Assembly (NCBI GenBank): GCA_963713185.1
Contig: CAVQKV010000007.1
Coordinates: 18,537-82,536, forward strand
DNA: 64,000 bases
Reading direction: 5' to 3'
Origin: an uncultured Actinomycetes bacterium
Lineage (GTDB): Bacteria > Actinomycetota > UBA4738 > HRBIN12
Positions 38,318 through 47,538 of this stretch are shown here, in pieces. The notes beneath the pieces are model-generated. The model had not been told where the DNA came from. It saw nothing but the letters and a program-made list of their open reading frames with translations, and made no database searches. The position numbers and the translations under genes were made by a program. Positions within the stretch are counted from its first letter, which is position 1. The number at the start of each line of letters is the position of its first letter.

Positions 38318-40282
38318 ATGGGAGGCACCGAGACGCCGGCAGCGACCCTCGACGAGGCCAGGGCGGCCTGCGACCGGCGGGCGTGGGAACGTGCGCACGA
38401 GCTCTTCGCGGCCGTGGCCGCCGAGCGCCCGCTCGAGGCAGAGGATCTCGAGCGGTTCGCGAAGGCCGCCTACTGGATCGGAGCCGCGAGCGGGGCGATC
38501 TCGGTCCGGGAGGCGGCGTACGAGGCCTTCCTCGCGCGCGGCGACAACGTGCAAGCCGCGTCCTGCGCGCTCACCCTGCAACGCCAGCACGCCTCGATGC
38601 TCCAGGACTCGATCGCGGCGGCGTGGTTGAAGCGGGCCGAGTGGCTGCTGGTCAGCGCCGAGGAGTCCACGGCCCACGGATACCTGGCCATCGCCCATGC
38701 CGATGCGGCGCGGGCACGTGGGGACGTCGCCGAGGCGACGAACCTGGCCGTGCGAGCCGTGGAGATCGCGAGCCGGTTCGACGACCGCGACCTTCCGACG
38801 TGGGCCCTCATGCGGCGGGGCATGTTCCTCGTGGACGCGGGCCGGGTGGACGAGGGGTGGCCGCTGATGGAGGAGGTCGCCTCGGCCGCGGCCGGCGGCG
38901 AGCTCGGCACGTTCACCACGGGGGCCGTCCTGACCAACGTCGTGAACATGTGCCGCGACCTCGGCGACTTCCGTCGCGGCAGCGAATGGTCCGACGCCGC
39001 GATCCGCTGGTCCGAACGGCAGCAGATCACGGGCTTCCCGGGGATCTGTCGGGTCAACGGGGCGGCGATCCTGCGCATGCTCGGCAGGCTGCGGGAGGCG
39101 GAGGAGGAGGCGCGCGCTGCCTGGCAGGAGCTGATGGAGTTCAGCCCGGCCCACGCCGCGGCGGCGCAGCACGAGCTGGGCGAGGTGCAGCTCCGGCTCG
39201 GAGACCTGACCGCGGCCGACGAGGCCTTCCGACAGGCGCGCGACCTGGGAGAGGATCCACAGCCGGGGCTCGCGCTGCTCCGACTCGCGCAGGGCGATCT
39301 CGATGTGGCTGCGTCTTCGATCCGCCGGAGCCTGCAGGTGGCCGCGTTCGACCGCTTCGCCCGTGCCCGGATGCTGCCGGCGCAGGCCGAGATCGCCGGT
39401 GCGGCGGGCGACGCGCAGACGGCCCGGGCCGCCCGGGACGAGCTGGCGGAGATCGCTCAGCAGGTCGCCTCTCCGGCCATCCGCGCGGCGAACGAGTGGA
39501 CGGCCGGCCTGACCGCGCTCCTCGAGGACGAGCCCGAACGCGCTTCGGGTCACCTCGGCGAAGCCCGGAAGCGATGGGACGAGGTCGGAGCCCCGTACGA
39601 GTCGGCGAAGGTGTCGCTCGCGCTCGCCGACGCGCAGCTCGCCGCCGGCCACGAGGAGGCCGCCGCGACCGAGCTCGATGCGGCGCGGACCGCGTTCGAA
39701 CGGCTGGGGGCGCACCTCGACGCGAGGCGAGCGGCGGAGCTGCTCGCGCGGACCCGGAGCGGCGGCGCGTCGTCCCGCACGGTTCGAACGTTCCTGTTCA
39801 CGGACATCGTCGGCTCGACCGCGCTGATCGAGGTGATCGGGGACGAGGCCTGGAACGACCTCCGCCGTTGGCACAACGAGACGCTCCGCTCGACGTTCGC
39901 CGATCACGGCGGCGAGGAGATCGATCACGCGGGCGACGGCTTCTTCGTCGCCTTCCCCGATCCCGCGCGTGCCGTCGCCTGCGCGGCGGAGATCCAGCGA
40001 CGGCTCGCCGAGCATCGACGGATCCACGGGTTCGCACCCCAGGTGCGGATGGGTCTCCACGCCACGACGGCGACACGGGACGAGACCGGCTACACGGGCC
40101 TCGGCGTGCACACGGCGTCCCGGATCGGCTCGCTCGCGGGGGCGGGTGAGATCCTCGCGAGCGCCGAGACCCTGGCCGCCGTCCCCGACGCGCGGGGTTC
40201 GGAGCGGCGGAGCGTCTCATTGAAAGGGATCGTCGAGCCCGTCGAGGTGGTCTCGATCGACTGGCCCTCGGCGAAGGACTGA
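38318..40282 (+). CDS. TPR-like sensor domain protein with C-terminal class III cyclase domain
   Basis: A ~480-aa helical-repeat N-terminus paralogous to the LuxR regulator at 43374..45003. C-terminal cyclase domain (FLFTDIVGST...HAGDGFFVAF...GVHTASRI). Confidence 0.85.
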   Translation: MGGTETPAATLDEARAACDRRAWERAHELFAAVAAERPLEAEDLERFAKAAYWIGAASGAISVREAAYEAFLARGDNVQAASCALTLQRQHASMLQDSIAAAWLKRAEWLLVSAEESTAHGYLAIAHADAARARGDVAEATNLAVRAVEIASRFDDRDLPTWALMRRGMFLVDAGRVDEGWPLMEEVASAAAGGELGTFTTGAVLTNVVNMCRDLGDFRRGSEWSDAAIRWSERQQITGFPGICRVNGAAILRMLGRLREAEEEARAAWQELMEFSPAHAAAAQHELGEVQLRLGDLTAADEAFRQARDLGEDPQPGLALLRLAQGDLDVAASSIRRSLQVAAFDRFARARMLPAQAEIAGAAGDAQTARAARDELAEIAQQVASPAIRAANEWTAGLTALLEDEPERASGHLGEARKRWDEVGAPYESAKVSLALADAQLAAGHEEAAATELDAARTAFERLGAHLDARRAAELLARTRSGGASSRTVRTFLFTDIVGSTALIEVIGDEAWNDLRRWHNETLRSTFADHGGEEIDHAGDGFFVAFPDPARAVACAAEIQRRLAEHRRIHGFAPQVRMGLHATTATRDETGYTGLGVHTASRIGSLAGAGEILASAETLAAVPDARGSERRSVSLKGIVEPVEVVSIDWPSAKD

Positions 40283-40388
40283 CCCGCGACCACCACGCAA
40301 CTCCGAGCCCCGTTGACCCGAGCGTGGTGCCCGGCGCAGAATCGATGTTTCCGCAGGTCACCTACCGAACGAGCGGAAGGGCGGGAAC

Positions 40389-42023
40389 GTGGCGCAGGAG
40401 GGTCCCGACGGCGTGACGGAACGCACGAGCGGAGCGGCCGACGGTCGGCGGCCGGACCGCCGGGTGCGCGACCCGGAGCGGCTTCCGCCGTTCGTGAGGC
40501 CCGCGGCCGACTTCATCGCCAAGATCCGCGCGACCGTGCACACGAAGCTCCTCGCCGGCTTCCTCGTGATCGCCGTGCTCCTCGTCGCGATGGGGGTCAC
40601 GAGCATCCTCGTCATCCGGGAGATGAACCAGGAGGCGCATCAGCTCATCACGTTGCAGGAGCAGACCGACGTCGCCCGGCAGGCGATCTACTCCGTCACC
40701 TCGCAGAGCCATTTCCGGGCGATGGCGCTGATCACGGAGGAGGACGTCTGGAACGACAAGATCGTCACGGCGAAGGAGGCGTTCGTCGACGAACTGGACA
40801 CGTTGGCCGCGATGGGCGGACCGGACGTTGACGAGGCGGTCGACGGGATGCGAGCGATCGACGAGCGCTACGCTGCCGCCGGCGCCGAGGTCCTGGCCCT
40901 GTACACGGCGGGCGACATCGGAGGCGCGCTCGACCTGCACATCACCGCCGAGCACACGATCTCCCACGAGCTCGAGGACGAGCTCAATCAGCTGATCGAC
41001 TCCACGGAGGAGCGGATCGCCGTGGCGTCAGGCGATCTGTCGTCGCTGCACCGCTTCCTGCTGATCGCCGTCGGGATCTTCTCGGGCGTGAGCCTGCTGA
41101 TCGCGCTGGGTCTCGGCGCGGCCCTGTCCTGGTCGGTCATCCGTCCGGTCCGCAAGATGGACCTCGCGCTGGCCCGGATCGCCGACGGCGATTTCGGACA
41201 GCAGATCGACGTCCCCAACCGGGACGAGTTCGGCCGGCTGACGACGAACCTCAACCGGACCAGCGGACAGCTCGCGACGCTCTACCACGACCTCGAGGAG
41301 CTGAACCAGAACCTCGAGAAGACCGTGGAGGAACAGCTCGGCCAGCTCCGACGGGCGGAACAGCTCCGCCGCTACCTCGCACCGCAGGTCGCCGACGCCG
41401 TGCTCAATAGCGGGGCGCCGGTATCGCTCAGCTCGACGCGCCGGAACCTGAGCATCCTGGTGGCCAACATCCGCGGGTTCACCTCCATGTCCGAGGGCAT
41501 GGAGCCCGAGGAGGTGATCGACGGGCTCAACCAGCACTTCGCGGTCATGACCGACGTCGTCTTCCGCCACGGCGGAACGCTCGACAAGTACATCGGCGAC
41601 GGGATCCTCGCCTTCTTCGGAGATCCCATCCCGTTCGAAGATCACGCCGAACGGGCCGTCGTGACGGCGCTCGAGATGCGGCAGCGCCTCCGCGGCCTCC
41701 GCACGAGGTGGTCGCTCGAGCGCGAGGGTGGACTGAACGTGGGGATCGGGGTCAGCACCGGATACGTGACGGTCGGCAACATCGGTTCGGACACGCGGAC
41801 CGAGTACACGGTGATCGGTAACCACGTCAAGCTGGCGTCGTACCTGGCGCAGACCGCCGCACCGGATCAGATCCTGGTGTCGGAGCGCACGCTGACCGAC
41901 TCCGCGATCCGGGAGCGCGTCGATGCCACCGCCCTGGATCCGCTCGACGTGGAGGGCTTCCGCCATCCGGTCAAGGTCTTCGAGGTCGACGACGTGCCCG
42001 CGCCGCTCCGTCGGCGACTCTGA
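40389..42023 (+). CDS. membrane receptor with helical sensor, HAMP and a degenerate class III cyclase homology domain
   Basis: Two TM segments flank a ~190-aa extracytoplasmic helical domain. HAMP (VIRPVRKMDLALARIADGDF). The cyclase domain reads VANIRGFT, KYIGDG and GNHVKLASYL. Confidence 0.85.
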   Translation: MAQEGPDGVTERTSGAADGRRPDRRVRDPERLPPFVRPAADFIAKIRATVHTKLLAGFLVIAVLLVAMGVTSILVIREMNQEAHQLITLQEQTDVARQAIYSVTSQSHFRAMALITEEDVWNDKIVTAKEAFVDELDTLAAMGGPDVDEAVDGMRAIDERYAAAGAEVLALYTAGDIGGALDLHITAEHTISHELEDELNQLIDSTEERIAVASGDLSSLHRFLLIAVGIFSGVSLLIALGLGAALSWSVIRPVRKMDLALARIADGDFGQQIDVPNRDEFGRLTTNLNRTSGQLATLYHDLEELNQNLEKTVEEQLGQLRRAEQLRRYLAPQVADAVLNSGAPVSLSSTRRNLSILVANIRGFTSMSEGMEPEEVIDGLNQHFAVMTDVVFRHGGTLDKYIGDGILAFFGDPIPFEDHAERAVVTALEMRQRLRGLRTRWSLEREGGLNVGIGVSTGYVTVGNIGSDTRTEYTVIGNHVKLASYLAQTAAPDQILVSERTLTDSAIRERVDATALDPLDVEGFRHPVKVFEVDDVPAPLRRRL

Positions 42024-42135
42024 CCGAGATACCTGTGGCGGAGGCGGAGGGTCTCGCGGAGCGGCAGCTCGAGCGCCATCGACCCCGGTGAGAGGCAGGG
42101 TGAGGGTCGGGGGCTGCGGCGCGGCCGGGCGACCT

Positions 42136-43251
42136 TCAGGCGGCGACGCGCGACTCCCGTGCCACACCGCTGCGCTCCCGTTCGAGCAGCCGCTCGACCA
42201 CGTACCTGGCGTCTCGCGGAACGCCGGGGATGACATCCGAGGCGGAGGAGTACTGGAAGAACAGGCCGACGAAGTACAGGCCCGGCTCGGACGCCACCAC
42301 GCCGCGCTCGTGCACGAGCTCGCCGTCCTCGCCGAAGATCGGGAGATCGATCCACGATAGGTCGTGCCGGAACCCGGTGCACCAGATCACGTTCGCGACG
42401 TCGAGGACGCGCCCGTCCTCGAGCATGGGCTTGCCGTCGCGGACACCTATGGTCTTCGGGACCCGCTCGACGCCCGCGGCCACGATCTGCTTCGGCTTGA
42501 CGCGGACCAGCATGTCGCCCCGGGACGCCTGCTTCGCCTTCGCCTTCCGCCCCCGAGCGGTACGGGTCGTTTGCACGTGGAGCCCGACGAACCGGACGAT
42601 CCGGAAGGCGATGTGGCGGGAGACCCAGGTGTCGATGCTCACTGGGACATGCCCCCGGTCGGGGCCGGAGAGCCACGTCGGATGCGAGCCGACGACGTCG
42701 AGCGAGATGTCGGCGCCCGAGTTCCCGGCACCCACCACGAGGACCCCACCATCGCGGAGCTGTGACGGGTTGCGGTAGTCGCTCGAGTGCATCTGCACGA
42801 TGCCCGGATCGAGCTCGCGGGAGAAGGCCGGGACACGCGGGTCACGGTCGGCTCCCGAGGCGACGATCACGTGCTCGGCCTCGATCCGATCGTGGTCGAG
42901 GGACAGGACGTAGTGGTCCCCGTCCCGGGAGATCCGCTCGACGTGAACGCCGGTGCGCACGGGCAGGTCGAACCTGCGGGCGTAGGCTTCCAGGTAGTCG
43001 GCCATCTGCTGCTTCGTCGGGCACCGGGCGCTCCTCTTCGGGTAGCTCCAGCCGGGCAGCTTGATGGCCCACGAGGGGGTGAACAGACGGAGCGAGTCGT
43101 AACGCGTACGCCACGAACCGCCGATCCGGGCGTTCGCGTCGAGGATCACGAACGACCGGCCCGCCTGCTTGAGGTGGTAGCCGGCGGACAGGCCCGCCTG
43201 CCCTGCGCCCACGATCACCACGTCGAACCGCTCCGAACCCTTGCCGTCCAT
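42136..43251 (-). CDS. flavin-containing monooxygenase-like FAD/NAD(P)-binding oxidoreductase
   Basis: Two dinucleotide-binding motifs: VVIVGAGQAGLS and VLVVGAGNSGADI. The start is taken at MDGKGSERF. Confidence 0.8.
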   Translation of the reverse strand: MDGKGSERFDVVIVGAGQAGLSAGYHLKQAGRSFVILDANARIGGSWRTRYDSLRLFTPSWAIKLPGWSYPKRSARCPTKQQMADYLEAYARRFDLPVRTGVHVERISRDGDHYVLSLDHDRIEAEHVIVASGADRDPRVPAFSRELDPGIVQMHSSDYRNPSQLRDGGVLVVGAGNSGADISLDVVGSHPTWLSGPDRGHVPVSIDTWVSRHIAFRIVRFVGLHVQTTRTARGRKAKAKQASRGDMLVRVKPKQIVAAGVERVPKTIGVRDGKPMLEDGRVLDVANVIWCTGFRHDLSWIDLPIFGEDGELVHERGVVASEPGLYFVGLFFQYSSASDVIPGVPRDARYVVERLLERERSGVARESRVAA

Positions 43252-43373
43252 GCCCGCCCCCTTGATCGCGTGGTTCCGCGACCGTAAGGGGAGCGGGGCA
43301 ACGGGTTCATCGCACGAACGAGCCAACCTCCGGCGGCGCCCTCGTGGTGAGGAATCACCACGAGCCGTGCCGC

Positions 43374-45003
43374 TCAGGCCAGGTCGTGCTCGTAGGCGAA
43401 CGCGGTGGCCGCCGAGCGAGACGTGACGCCGAGCTTCACGAACATGTTCTGGAGGTGGCGGGCGACGGTGTGCTCGCTGATCACGAGCTCGACGGCGATG
43501 TCCCGGTTCGTCTTGCCGGAGGCGACGAGCCGCAGCACCTCGGCCTCGCGAGCCGTCAGGCCGCGCGGCAGGGCCTTCGGCCCACCGAGCAGATCGGAGG
43601 CCTCGGCGGCGTCTCCGGCGGCGCCCAGGCGTTCGAACGTGGCCAGGGCAGCCCGGAGCTCGAGCGCGGCGTCGTCCTCATCCCCGGCCGCACGTAGCGC
43701 GAGCCCGAACGCCATCCGGGCCCGAGCCCCCTCGTACGGCAGGCGCAGCTCCTGCCACAGTCCGGTCGCTCGGCGCAGGCTCGTCAGGGCCGCGGCGACG
43801 TCGCCCTCGGCGAGCAGGAGCGACCCGCGGACGGTCGCCGCGGACGCCGCCAGCACCGGGGCGTTCGAGGCGCCGGCGATCGCGTCGAGCTCGTCCGCGG
43901 CAGTCCTGGCGGCCCCCACGTCGCCGGCCGCGAGCGCGGCGTCCGCGAACGCCCACAGCAGCCTGGTCCGATGGAGCCGATTGCCCGACGTTCCGGTGAT
44001 CGCGACACGCAGCGCCGCGACCGCGGCCTCCACCTTCCCCTGCGCGAGGCGCAGCAGGGCCAGCCCCGGCTGCGGCTCGAACCCGAGCTCGTGCGCCCGC
44101 TCGAACGCCGCCTCGGCGCCGGCCAGATCACCGAGGCGCCGACGCACGTCACCGGTCTCGTACAGCGCCTCACCAGCCAGCCCCGAGTTGAAGCTCAGCA
44201 GCTCCTCCGTGGCCCGGACGGACTCGGCCTCGGCCTGGGACCAGTCCCCTCGGAGGTTCGCGAGCTGGGCCCGATTGACCCGGCACATGCCCGGATACGG
44301 CGACTCGGGAGGGATCGATTCCGCCCACGCACGCGCTGCCTCGCCCCAGTCACCGGCCCGCCGGACGTCGGCGATCTCCAGACAGGCCCCTATCACGTTG
44401 CAGTAGATCGCGCCGGTGAAGTAGTCGTTCAGTTCACCGGCGACCACGGAGGTCATCGCCTCATCGAGCAGGGCCACACCCTCGGCGACGCGGCCCTGAT
44501 CCAGCAGGGTGAGACCCTGCGTGTGGATCGCCATCCCCAGGAGGTCGCGGTCGCCGAAGCGCTGGGCGATCTCGACGGCGCGTTCGGTCAGCGGCACCGC
44601 CGTGTCCGGGTCCCCGCTGAACCGCAGGACCGTCGCCTCGAGGAGCGCGGCGAAACCGAGCTCGACGCAATCGGGCAGGTCCTTCGCGTGTCTCTGGGTA
44701 CGCGCGAACCATCCGGCGCCGACCGCCGGCTCCTCCCGGAGGAAGTGCTCGATGCACAGCCGCGCCGACATCCACGCGGCGCGACGGTCTTCGCCCGCCT
44801 CCACGTAGCCGGTGTACGCCCGTTGGCGGGCCGCGAGCGACTCATCGATCCGGCCGGTCCACCAGGCGGCGTCGGCGAACCGCTCGGCGATCCTCGGGAC
44901 GTTCGAGCGGCTCGAGCGCGCGGAACAGCTCGTACGCCTCGGACCACGATCCCTGATCCACCGCGGCCCGCGCCCGGTCGATGTCCACGATGCGCTCGGC
45001 CAC
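43374..45003 (-). CDS. LuxR-family transcriptional regulator with TPR-like sensor domain, one frame break near 44890
   Basis: C-terminal LuxR HTH (LTAREAEVLRLVASGKTNRDIAVELVISEHTVARHLQNMFVKLGV). N-terminal homology continues upstream of ORF 43374..44804 in another frame, back to GTG 45003 (VAERIVDIDRARAAVDQGSWSEAYELF), preceded by GGAGGAGG. Confidence 0.8.
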
Positions 45004-45078
45004 GCCGCCTCCTCCGTGTCGAACGCCGTGCCGGAAGCCGGGAACAGCCTAGCCCCAACGATCGATCACGCGGAGGGC

Positions 45079-46287
45079 TCAGCCCAGATCGACCGTGTCC
45101 GGTTCGGTGTGCTTGAGCCACACGGCCGTGCCCGCCGCCACCGGGGCGAGGAGCAGCAACACCATCGCGGACAGGCTCGCCTTGGCGCCCCAATCGGTGA
45201 GGCCGACCGTCAGGCAGAGGAGCGCGCAGACGGGCAGGGCGATCTCAGCTATGCGGTAGAGCTCGGGCTGGGTGCGTCGGAGCTCGAGGGTCCAGGCGAT
45301 GAGCGCGTCCGAGAGCATCGCCGCCGCGAGCGAGCCCACCAGCAGCCAGCGCACCGCATCCGGCAGGGGCCGACCCGCATGCTCGACGGTGTTGAGGACC
45401 GCCGCACCGCCCGCGGCGATCGCGACCACCAGCGGGAAGTGCAGGTTGAGCCAGAGCTGGGTCCTCCGCGGGACCGGAGCACGGTACGAGACGAGGTCGA
45501 AGTAGATCCACCACAGACCGATGGCGACCACAACCCCCAGCAGGCCGATCACGATGAACTCGGCCTCGAGCGGATGGACGTCGGCCATGCCGGTCACCGC
45601 CCCCACGATGACCTCGCCGAGGACGATGATGACGAACAGCCCCATCCGTTCGATCAGCGACGGCGTCGTTGAGATACGCGCATCGCCCCACTGGGTCGCG
45701 GGTGGCTTCCACCGGTACATGCCGATGACCCACCCCGCCACCTCGGCGACCAGCGCCGCCGCCCACAGCCAGTACCGGAGCGGCCCGTCGAACGCGACGC
45801 TGACCACGAACAAGACGGTCGCGACGAGGTAGCCCGCCGAGTACGGGACCGACCCGGGCCGGTGGTGGGGGTCGTGCAACCCCGTGCGGAACCACAGGAT
45901 CACCAGGATGAAGGTGTTCGCCGCGTAGGCGAGCGCGAACCCCGTCGAGCCGTCGCCCGGGATATCCCCGATGAACACGGCCATGACCGCCACCGCGAGC
46001 ATCTGGGCGAACGTGAAGATGCGGACACTCATGTCGTTGGTGGTGTGGAGATCGTGATAGAGCGTGCCGTTCAGCCACGAGGACCAGACCGCATAGAAGA
46101 GGAAGACGAACCAGCCGATCCCCGACCACGACGGATGCGTGGCCAGGCGACGGGCGAGCTGGGAGATCACCACGACGAAGACCAGGTCGAAGAACAGCTC
46201 GAGGAAGGTCACGCGCCGGTCGGTCGACCGATCCTCGTACCGACCCGGCGGCTGCCACAGGCGCCGGAAGGTGGAGTGCCGGGTCAT
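45079..46287 (-). CDS. low temperature requirement protein A (LtrA) family membrane protein
   Basis: The VTFLELFFDLVFVVVISQL motif and about 10 TM helices. Confidence 0.85.
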   Translation of the reverse strand: MTRHSTFRRLWQPPGRYEDRSTDRRVTFLELFFDLVFVVVISQLARRLATHPSWSGIGWFVFLFYAVWSSWLNGTLYHDLHTTNDMSVRIFTFAQMLAVAVMAVFIGDIPGDGSTGFALAYAANTFILVILWFRTGLHDPHHRPGSVPYSAGYLVATVLFVVSVAFDGPLRYWLWAAALVAEVAGWVIGMYRWKPPATQWGDARISTTPSLIERMGLFVIIVLGEVIVGAVTGMADVHPLEAEFIVIGLLGVVVAIGLWWIYFDLVSYRAPVPRRTQLWLNLHFPLVVAIAAGGAAVLNTVEHAGRPLPDAVRWLLVGSLAAAMLSDALIAWTLELRRTQPELYRIAEIALPVCALLCLTVGLTDWGAKASLSAMVLLLLAPVAAGTAVWLKHTEPDTVDLG

Positions 46288-46465
46288 GGATCGAATGTAG
46301 CCCGCCCTGCGGCCGAAGGGGCGTACGTCGCAACCGCTTCCGAACGCCTCGCGAGCGGGCGCCCTCCGGGGCGGTTGCCGATGCCCACGGGGTCGTGGAA
46401 CACTCCCTCGCCGCCCGGGGCGGGCCTGGTGCCCTCGCGGGTGTCGGGCGCGTCAGGAGGAGCGG

Positions 46466-47538
46466 GTGCAGCGTCGAAGCGGTCACGTCCTCGTCGTCGA
46501 TGACGACGCGTTGAACCGACGGCTCGTCACCGCGACGCTCGCCCGAGAGGGCTCCGGACGAGCTCGGCCACCAACGGGGCCGAGGCCCTGAAGGCGATCG
46601 GCGAGGACCCGCCCGACGTGATCCTGCTCGACATCGAGATGCCGGGGATGGACGGGATCGAGGTGCTCGAGCACATCAAGTCGGATGAGAAGCTCCGGCA
46701 CCTGCCCGTGGTCATGATCTCGGGCGTGGACGACACGGAGAGCGTCGTGCGGTGCCTCGAGACCGGCGCCGACGATTTCCTTCCCAAACCGTTCGACGCG
46801 GCGATCCTGCGCGCCCGCATCAACGCCGGGCTCGACCGCAAGGCTCTCCACGAGCTCGAACGCGATCGCGTCCGCGACATCTTCACCCGCTTCCTGCCGG
46901 AGTCCATGGTGGATGAGGTGCTCGCGCGGACCGACGGCGATGCGCGGATCCGGCCGGAGCTGCTGACCGGCACGGTCCTGTTCGGTGACCTGCGCGGGTT
47001 CACGAGCTTCGCGGAAGGCCGTCCGGTGGACGAGGTCGTCGAGGCGATCAACACCTACCTCACGCTGATGACCGATGCGGTCCTCGACCACGGCGGCACG
47101 CTGGTCGACTACATGGGCGACGGCATCATGGCCGCGTTCGGCGCCCCGGTCGCGAACGACGACCACGCGGATCTCGCGATCGCGGCCGCGCGCGCGATGG
47201 CGGGCGAGCAGCTCGCGACGTTCAACGCGTGGCTCTCAGCCACCGGTGTCGAGCAGCCGCTGCGGATGGGGATCGGGATCAACTCGGGGCCGGTGCTGTC
47301 CGGGAGCGTCGGGTCGCCGCGACGCCTGGACTACGCCGTGATCGGCGACACGACCAACACCGCGTCGCGGATCGAGGCGATGACGAAGGACCTCGACCAC
47401 GCGGTGCTGTTCTCGGAACAGACCAGGGACGCGCTGCGCGAGCTGCCGGAGGACGCGGTCTCGCTGGGCGAGTTCGAGATCCGCGGCCGGAGCGCCGCGA
47501 TCAAGCTCTGGGCCCTCGACGTCGAGGAACCCGCATGA
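46466..47538 (+). CDS. response regulator receiver fused to class III adenylate/guanylate cyclase, one frame break near 46553
   Basis: GTG 46466 follows AGGAGGAG. The REC N-terminus HVLVVDDDALNRRLVTATLAREG is in one frame and NGAEALKAIGEDPPDVILLDIEMPGMDG...KPF is in ORF 46618..47538. Cyclase motifs FGDLRGFT, YMGDGIMAAFGAP and GDTTNTASRIE. Confidence 0.85.
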
